Shown piece after piece: positions 26,411 through 30,142 of a DNA stretch of 30,142 bases. The stretch covers positions 1 to 30,142 of the forward strand of contig CAYRRU010000001.1 of assembly GCA_964426785.1 (NCBI GenBank), given 5' to 3'. The number at the start of each line of letters is the position of its first letter. The first letter of the stretch is position 1. This DNA is from an uncultured Candidatus Saccharibacteria bacterium (GTDB lineage Bacteria; Patescibacteriota; Minisyncoccia; Phycocordibacterales; Phycocordibacteraceae). The notes under the pieces were generated by a model that had not been told where the DNA came from, made no database searches, and saw only the letters and a list, made by a program, of their open reading frames with translations. A program made the position numbers and the translations under genes.

Positions 26411-27677
26411 AGCCATCGTCGCACAAACACTTGCCGTCCTTGCACGGGGTGTTTTGCGCAAATATAGCCCTGCGGTGGTGATGGTGACGGGGAGTGTGGG
26501 GAAGACGTCTACCAAGGACGCGGTTGCCATTGCGCTCTCTGAGCACTTTTTGGTCCGGGCAAGTGAGAAGAGCTACAACAGCGAGTTCGGTGTTCCGCTC
26601 ACCATCATTGGAGCGAAGAATCCTTGGAACAATCCTATTCGTTGGATCAAAGTATTTCAGGAAGCTCTCGCGCTCATTATGTTGCCGAACCACTATCCCA
26701 AACTTCTGGTGCTTGAGGTTGGGGCAGACACGCCCGGCGACCTTGCCCGCATTTTGCGTATCGCGACACCTGACGTGGTGGTAGTGACGAACTTGCCTGA
26801 GGTGCCGGTCCACGTTGAGGCGTACGCAACTCCTGAAGCAGTACGCGAAGAAGAGTTTGCTCCTGCCTATGCGCTTGCTCCGGGCGCCCCTCTTATCGTA
26901 AGTGCGGACGACCCGTATGCGCTTGCTATGTCAGAACCACTGCCGGTGCATATCATAACGTACGGCACACACAAGGATGCAGATATTCGTATTGAAAAGC
27001 CTGAACTAGCCTTTAAGAAAGGAAAGCCTATTGGTATGGAGGCCAAGGTTCACGTTGATGGGGAAGCACACATTCTTACCGCTCCCCACGCACTTGGCCG
27101 TCAGCAACTCTACGCCCCCGCAGCCGCTCTTGCGGTAGCGCGAGCGCTTCATTTGACGACGAAGGAGGCACTGCGTGGCCTTAAGAATTATCAGCCACCA
27201 CCAGGTCGTGCACGTATCCTTTCCGGGAAGAACGGTTCAGTGCTCATTGATGACTCCTATAACGCGTCTCCAACGGCTGTTGCAGAAGCCCTTGGTGCGC
27301 TTGCACTCATCCCCGGCAAACGTCGTATTGCAGTTCTTGGCGACATGCTGGAGCTTGGTCGGTATTCAACCGAAGAACACCGACGCATTGGAGACCTCGC
27401 CTGTGTCTCGGCAGATGTGGTCGTAGGTATTGGAAAGCGTGCAAAAGTCATCGCTGAAGCTGCACTTTTGGCTGGCTGTTCTCCTGGTAATGCACTTATG
27501 TTTGCAACCTCTAAAGAAGCTGCACCAGTGTTGGCCGAGATGGTACAGGAAGGGGATGTGGTGCTGGTTAAAGGATCACAGTCTATCCGTACGGAGAGGG
27601 TGGTGGAGGCGCTTCTTGAAGACCCTGCTGACGTTGTGCATTTGGTTCGGCAAGATAGGGAGTGGAAGTCCCGCTAG
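26394..27677 (+). CDS. murF: UDP-MurNAc-tripeptide:D-Ala-D-Ala ligase, lacking the usual N-terminal domain
   Basis: TGSVGKTSTK, SYNSEFGVPLTI, VLEVG, LIDDSYNASP, VLGDMLELG, LVKGSQ. Confidence 0.88.
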   Translation: MKTLAKAIVAQTLAVLARGVLRKYSPAVVMVTGSVGKTSTKDAVAIALSEHFLVRASEKSYNSEFGVPLTIIGAKNPWNNPIRWIKVFQEALALIMLPNHYPKLLVLEVGADTPGDLARILRIATPDVVVVTNLPEVPVHVEAYATPEAVREEEFAPAYALAPGAPLIVSADDPYALAMSEPLPVHIITYGTHKDADIRIEKPELAFKKGKPIGMEAKVHVDGEAHILTAPHALGRQQLYAPAAALAVARALHLTTKEALRGLKNYQPPPGRARILSGKNGSVLIDDSYNASPTAVAEALGALALIPGKRRIAVLGDMLELGRYSTEEHRRIGDLACVSADVVVGIGKRAKVIAEAALLAGCSPGNALMFATSKEAAPVLAEMVQEGDVVLVKGSQSIRTERVVEALLEDPADVVHLVRQDREWKSR

Positions 27678-27716
27678 CTTCATTTTTTCACAGGATTCTG
27701 GTATAACTGTCCTGAC

Positions 27717-27791
27717 GGCCTCATCGTCTAACGGTTAGGACAGATCCCTCTCACGGATCAAATCGGGGTTCGATTCCCCGTGAGGTCACCA
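27717..27791 (+). tRNA. tRNA-Glu(CUC)
   Basis: Acceptor GGCCTCA/TGAGGTC, anticodon arm GATCC-CTCTCAC-GGATC (CTC at 27750-27752), T-loop GTTCGATTC, encoded CCA. Confidence 0.96.
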
Positions 27792-27871
27792 ATTGGTTTT
27801 CTTAAGTTTTTCATCTTTATAGTCGAGTCATAACCCCCCGAATTGATGGGTGTCTCTGCTATTATTTTGAT

Positions 27872-28129
27872 ATGGAAAATTTAGAACAAGAGCTTATCGC
27901 AATAAAGGAAAGAAACCTCCGGGTTGAGGCGGACAAAGCGTGGGAGACTAGTTTTTTCCGTAAGATACTTATCTCTGTAATAACTTACATAGTAGCCTCT
28001 GTTGCGCTCTATACTATCGGCGTACCTGACTTCCACCTTGGGGCCATTGTCCCAACTATTGGGTTCCTTCTCTCCACACTCACAATTCCTTCTATCAAAA
28101 AATGGTGGATACGTAGGAACTTTAAATAA
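27872..28129 (+). CDS. Hypothetical 85-aa 2-TM membrane protein
   Basis: ERNLRVEADKAWETS followed by two TM helices; extended -10 TGCTATTAT 6 nt before ATG; visibly AT-rich. Confidence 0.8.
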   Translation: MENLEQELIAIKERNLRVEADKAWETSFFRKILISVITYIVASVALYTIGVPDFHLGAIVPTIGFLLSTLTIPSIKKWWIRRNFK

Positions 28130-28132
28130 CGT

Positions 28133-28158
28133 GCGCCCGACCAATTAAGGCCGGGCGC
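28133..28158. terminator. Bidirectional intrinsic terminator
   Basis: GCGCCCG-A-CC-AATTAA-GG-C-CGGGCGC followed by TTTCTC. Confidence 0.75.
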
Positions 28159-28172
28159 TTTCTCGTTAGAGA

Positions 28173-28733
28173 CTAAGAATCAAAATCGAAATACTTCTGT
28201 TCTGCGAGAATGAACGAGCGGAGCTGGTCGGCCTTGATGATGTCTCCCGCCTTGGGAGCTGAACCATTCTTCATCGTCCAATTAAGGACGACCCACTTGT
28301 CCACCAAGAGTGGGTACGCAACTGTCTGTCCTTCGAGCACTTCAAGGACGTCCAGGGGAATCCCGTAATTCGGATGATTTGGACTGAGGACCGGGTCGCT
28401 TGTGAAGCGAGTATACGGGATGCCCAGGCGCCAGAGGGTGTTGCCCCACCAGTAGTGCCGAATATGACCGACAAACTCCGAGCCCTCGATGTAGTTCTCC
28501 TTGCGGTAATCTCTCTCGGCCATATCTCGAATCTCAGAGACGGGGAACCGCCAGTCGGACTCGATTATCGTTCGGGCGACTTTCGCGAGGTTGTTCTTAA
28601 ACCGAGGCCGGGTCAGGAAAGGAATCACTTCCTTGTTTCCACCTTGTTGGCCGATTTCACGCACAAGCAGTTCAAGCACTTTCATGCCCATACCCATGCC
28701 GCGAACCATTTCGTCTGCATTAGACTTAGTCAT
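28173..28733 (-). CDS. Hypothetical 186-aa soluble protein
   Basis: GGGAG SD before ATG 28733; own consensus promoter and terminator; no family recognised. Confidence 0.75.
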   Translation of the reverse strand: MTKSNADEMVRGMGMGMKVLELLVREIGQQGGNKEVIPFLTRPRFKNNLAKVARTIIESDWRFPVSEIRDMAERDYRKENYIEGSEFVGHIRHYWWGNTLWRLGIPYTRFTSDPVLSPNHPNYGIPLDVLEVLEGQTVAYPLLVDKWVVLNWTMKNGSAPKAGDIIKADQLRSFILAEQKYFDFDS

Positions 28734-28790
28734 GACAAAGAACTCCCATATCCATCCTGCCTCCACAATGGAGAGCGCTCGGATACCTGG

Positions 28791-28819
28791 ACTCTAGGAC
28801 CTTTATAGCCTCATGTCAA
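28791..28819 (-). promoter_or_regulatory. Sigma70 promoter of the 186-aa orphan
   Basis: TTGACA-17 nt-TAGAGT. Confidence 0.75.
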
Positions 28820-28945
28820 AAAAACGATGGTTAGTTCCATCTAAGGCACCCTAGCTATTTTATAAGCTGCTGAACCAAAGGTTTTGAGTTCAATATCGCT
28901 AGGGTCACACATTCCGTGTGCAATTTAAATAAATAGAAAAGCAAC

Positions 28946-28991
28946 AGCCGTCCACGTGAGAGCGAACGGTGTCGCTCTCGTGTGGACGGCT
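28946..28991 (-). terminator. Long hairpin / terminator after the 79-aa ORF
   Basis: AGCCGTCCAC/GTGGACGGCT (10 bp) plus AGAGCGA/TCGCTCT (7 bp) around a 6-nt loop; GTTGCTTTTCT tail on the minus strand. Confidence 0.65.
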
Positions 28992-29229
28992 AGTTGGAGA
29001 CAAATACTTCTCCGCTGAAGGTGCAGACGGTTCCGTCGGGCCCAGGAACGCAGTTGATTTGAATCAGTCTGCAGTCTTCGGAAAAGGCGTGCGAAGCGTT
29101 CGGGTCGGCGATCTGCATGAGGCAGGTGGCTCCGCAGAGCGCTGCCTTTGATACCGTTGGCCGGTATCCCTTATAGATCTTCCCAGCTTTGCGAACAGCC
29201 GGCCGGATACTCTTTGATCTCTGATCCAT
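28990..29229 (-). CDS. Hypothetical 79-aa basic, Cys-rich protein
   Basis: 3' part of track ORF 28990..29613. AAAGGAAAGGAG SD before ATG 29229; candidate promoter TGGACA-18-TATGCT (29293-29264); stop codon sits at the base of the hairpin. Confidence 0.6.
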   Translation of the reverse strand: MDQRSKSIRPAVRKAGKIYKGYRPTVSKAALCGATCLMQIADPNASHAFSEDCRLIQINCVPGPDGTVCTFSGEVFVSN

Positions 29230-29272
29230 TGTGGCCACTCCTTTCCTTTGCCACCCTGGCCCAAGCATAGCC

Positions 29273-30085
29273 CTAGTCGTAGGTGCGTGTCCAGGTACCA
29301 AACCCGAAGGGAAGTTGTAGATAGGAACCAATGCGTGTGCGATGAATGGAGTGCGCGCACCCGAGTGAACCAAGATGCCCACCAATACGTCCTGCAAGGG
29401 AACGCATGTATGCACCACTCCCACACACCACACGTATTTTGAGTATGGTAAACGTGCGATTCTCGCTTTCCTTAAAGAGTTCAGCCCACTTCGGACGTAT
29501 TGTGCCAATACGAAAATCAGCACCAAGCGCTTTTGAAGGCTCATCACTTGTTGGCGTGAGTGCGAGCATGTCGGCAACACGTCCTGCAAGTTGAGTGGAG
29601 GATAGTGTTTCAACTGAACGAAGACTAATGCGATAGAACGTTTCAGGATGCTCAGGAATAGTTATGGTGTGGAGCGTGTTTTCAAGTGCATACATAAAGA
29701 GAGGTTTTCCGTTCACCGTCTTTGATGAGAATATCGGGTATGTCCGCAGATGCGTGCCCAGCTCATTTCTTAACGCACTTTGTATCCGCCCGATATCTGC
29801 ATGAGAAGGGGAAAGGGACGGCATACCAAGAACGTCCCCGGTGTCGGTTCCAATATCAAGCAGAACCTCAACCTCATACTCTTTATCAAGTCCCGTGTAT
29901 AGCTTCTGCTTCTTGCACTCGTCACCAAGAAGGACAAGAAGCTTCCCGTGCGCCATGGGATCAAGACGCCCAGCATACGCAACGGGGAGGTCACTTTGAA
30001 TACCACTTTCTTCCTTCCACAGCGCTACCGCTTCAAGAGGCGTCTGTCCGACGTTCTTTTCAATGACGGTATAGCGATTACTCAT
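29273..30085 (-). CDS. truB: tRNA pseudouridine(55) synthase TruB family, no C-terminal PUA domain
   Basis: YAGRLDPMAHG (catalytic Asp), KEYEVEV..TDTGD, CGSGAYMRSLA, SIHRTRIG. Confidence 0.85.
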   Translation of the reverse strand: MSNRYTVIEKNVGQTPLEAVALWKEESGIQSDLPVAYAGRLDPMAHGKLLVLLGDECKKQKLYTGLDKEYEVEVLLDIGTDTGDVLGMPSLSPSHADIGRIQSALRNELGTHLRTYPIFSSKTVNGKPLFMYALENTLHTITIPEHPETFYRISLRSVETLSSTQLAGRVADMLALTPTSDEPSKALGADFRIGTIRPKWAELFKESENRTFTILKIRVVCGSGAYMRSLAGRIGGHLGSLGCAHSIHRTRIGSYLQLPFGFGTWTRTYD

Positions 30086-30142
30086 TGAATGAATGCTATT
30101 CCTTTGTGTGTGTTACGCAAGAAGCCCGTCCACTACCGCCTT

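Noticed and set aside
28124-28171. Integron attC-like look (AAATAAC containing the stop, hairpin, GTTAGAG); similar AAC...GTT flanks at 28943-28995
   Set aside because: Spacers of 2 and 6 nt do not fit attC geometry, no extrahelical bases or L boxes, R'' fits poorly, and no intI is in the window. A terminator explains it.
28903-28908. GGTCAC matching the tRNA-Glu 3' end as a possible attR
   Set aside because: Only 6 nt, expected by chance.
28818-28920. SRP RNA (AGCAGC on the minus strand) or fluoride riboswitch (GATGG start)
   Set aside because: No GNRA-capped helix 8 with CAGG opposite, and no fluoride pseudoknot complement.
29230-29613. 5' part of the 207-aa ORF 28990-29613
   Set aside because: Mostly an off-frame overlap with truB. 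Only the part from ATG 29229 has an SD and promoter.
1-30142. CRISPR arrays, IS elements, prophage or reassigned genetic code
   Set aside because: No spaced direct repeats, transposase or integrase ORFs seen. TGA terminates yadG, frr, mreC and rsmH normally.

Overview
Housekeeping-rich 30 kb bacterial segment using genetic code 11 (TGA acts as a stop). Gene content suggests, by inference, a reduced Patescibacteria/CPR (Parcubacteria-like) genome: frr abuts rseP with no uppS/cdsA/dxr, ProRS lacks its editing domain, MurF lacks its N-domain, the dcw cluster is truncated, and there are CPR-style membrane/CAP proteins. In order: a partial FAD-linked oxidase and GtrA (-), a YadG/YadH-like ABC pair, an OmpR-family regulator plus histidine kinase (-), NUDIX, class Ia ribonucleotide reductase nrdAB, surface proteins, frr-rseP, proS-mreB-mreC-mreD-like-mrdA, greA, lysS, mraZ-rsmH-ftsL-ftsI-murF, tRNA-Glu(CUC) and truB (-). 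Six solitary accessory genes sit between these blocks, each with a candidate sigma70 promoter, a Shine-Dalgarno and a GC-rich terminator. In contrast, many core genes have a -10 box only 6-10 nt before ATG and look leaderless. Best candidate for an undescribed system: 22355-22890 (-). There a near-consensus promoter drives a ~215-nt leader with mutually exclusive P1, antiterminator and terminator helices and a 30-codon leader ORF, ahead of a 94-aa orphan gene. This is an attenuator or riboswitch-like switch that I cannot match to a known class. No CRISPR array, transposase or integrase was seen. All structures were folded by eye and no database search was run.
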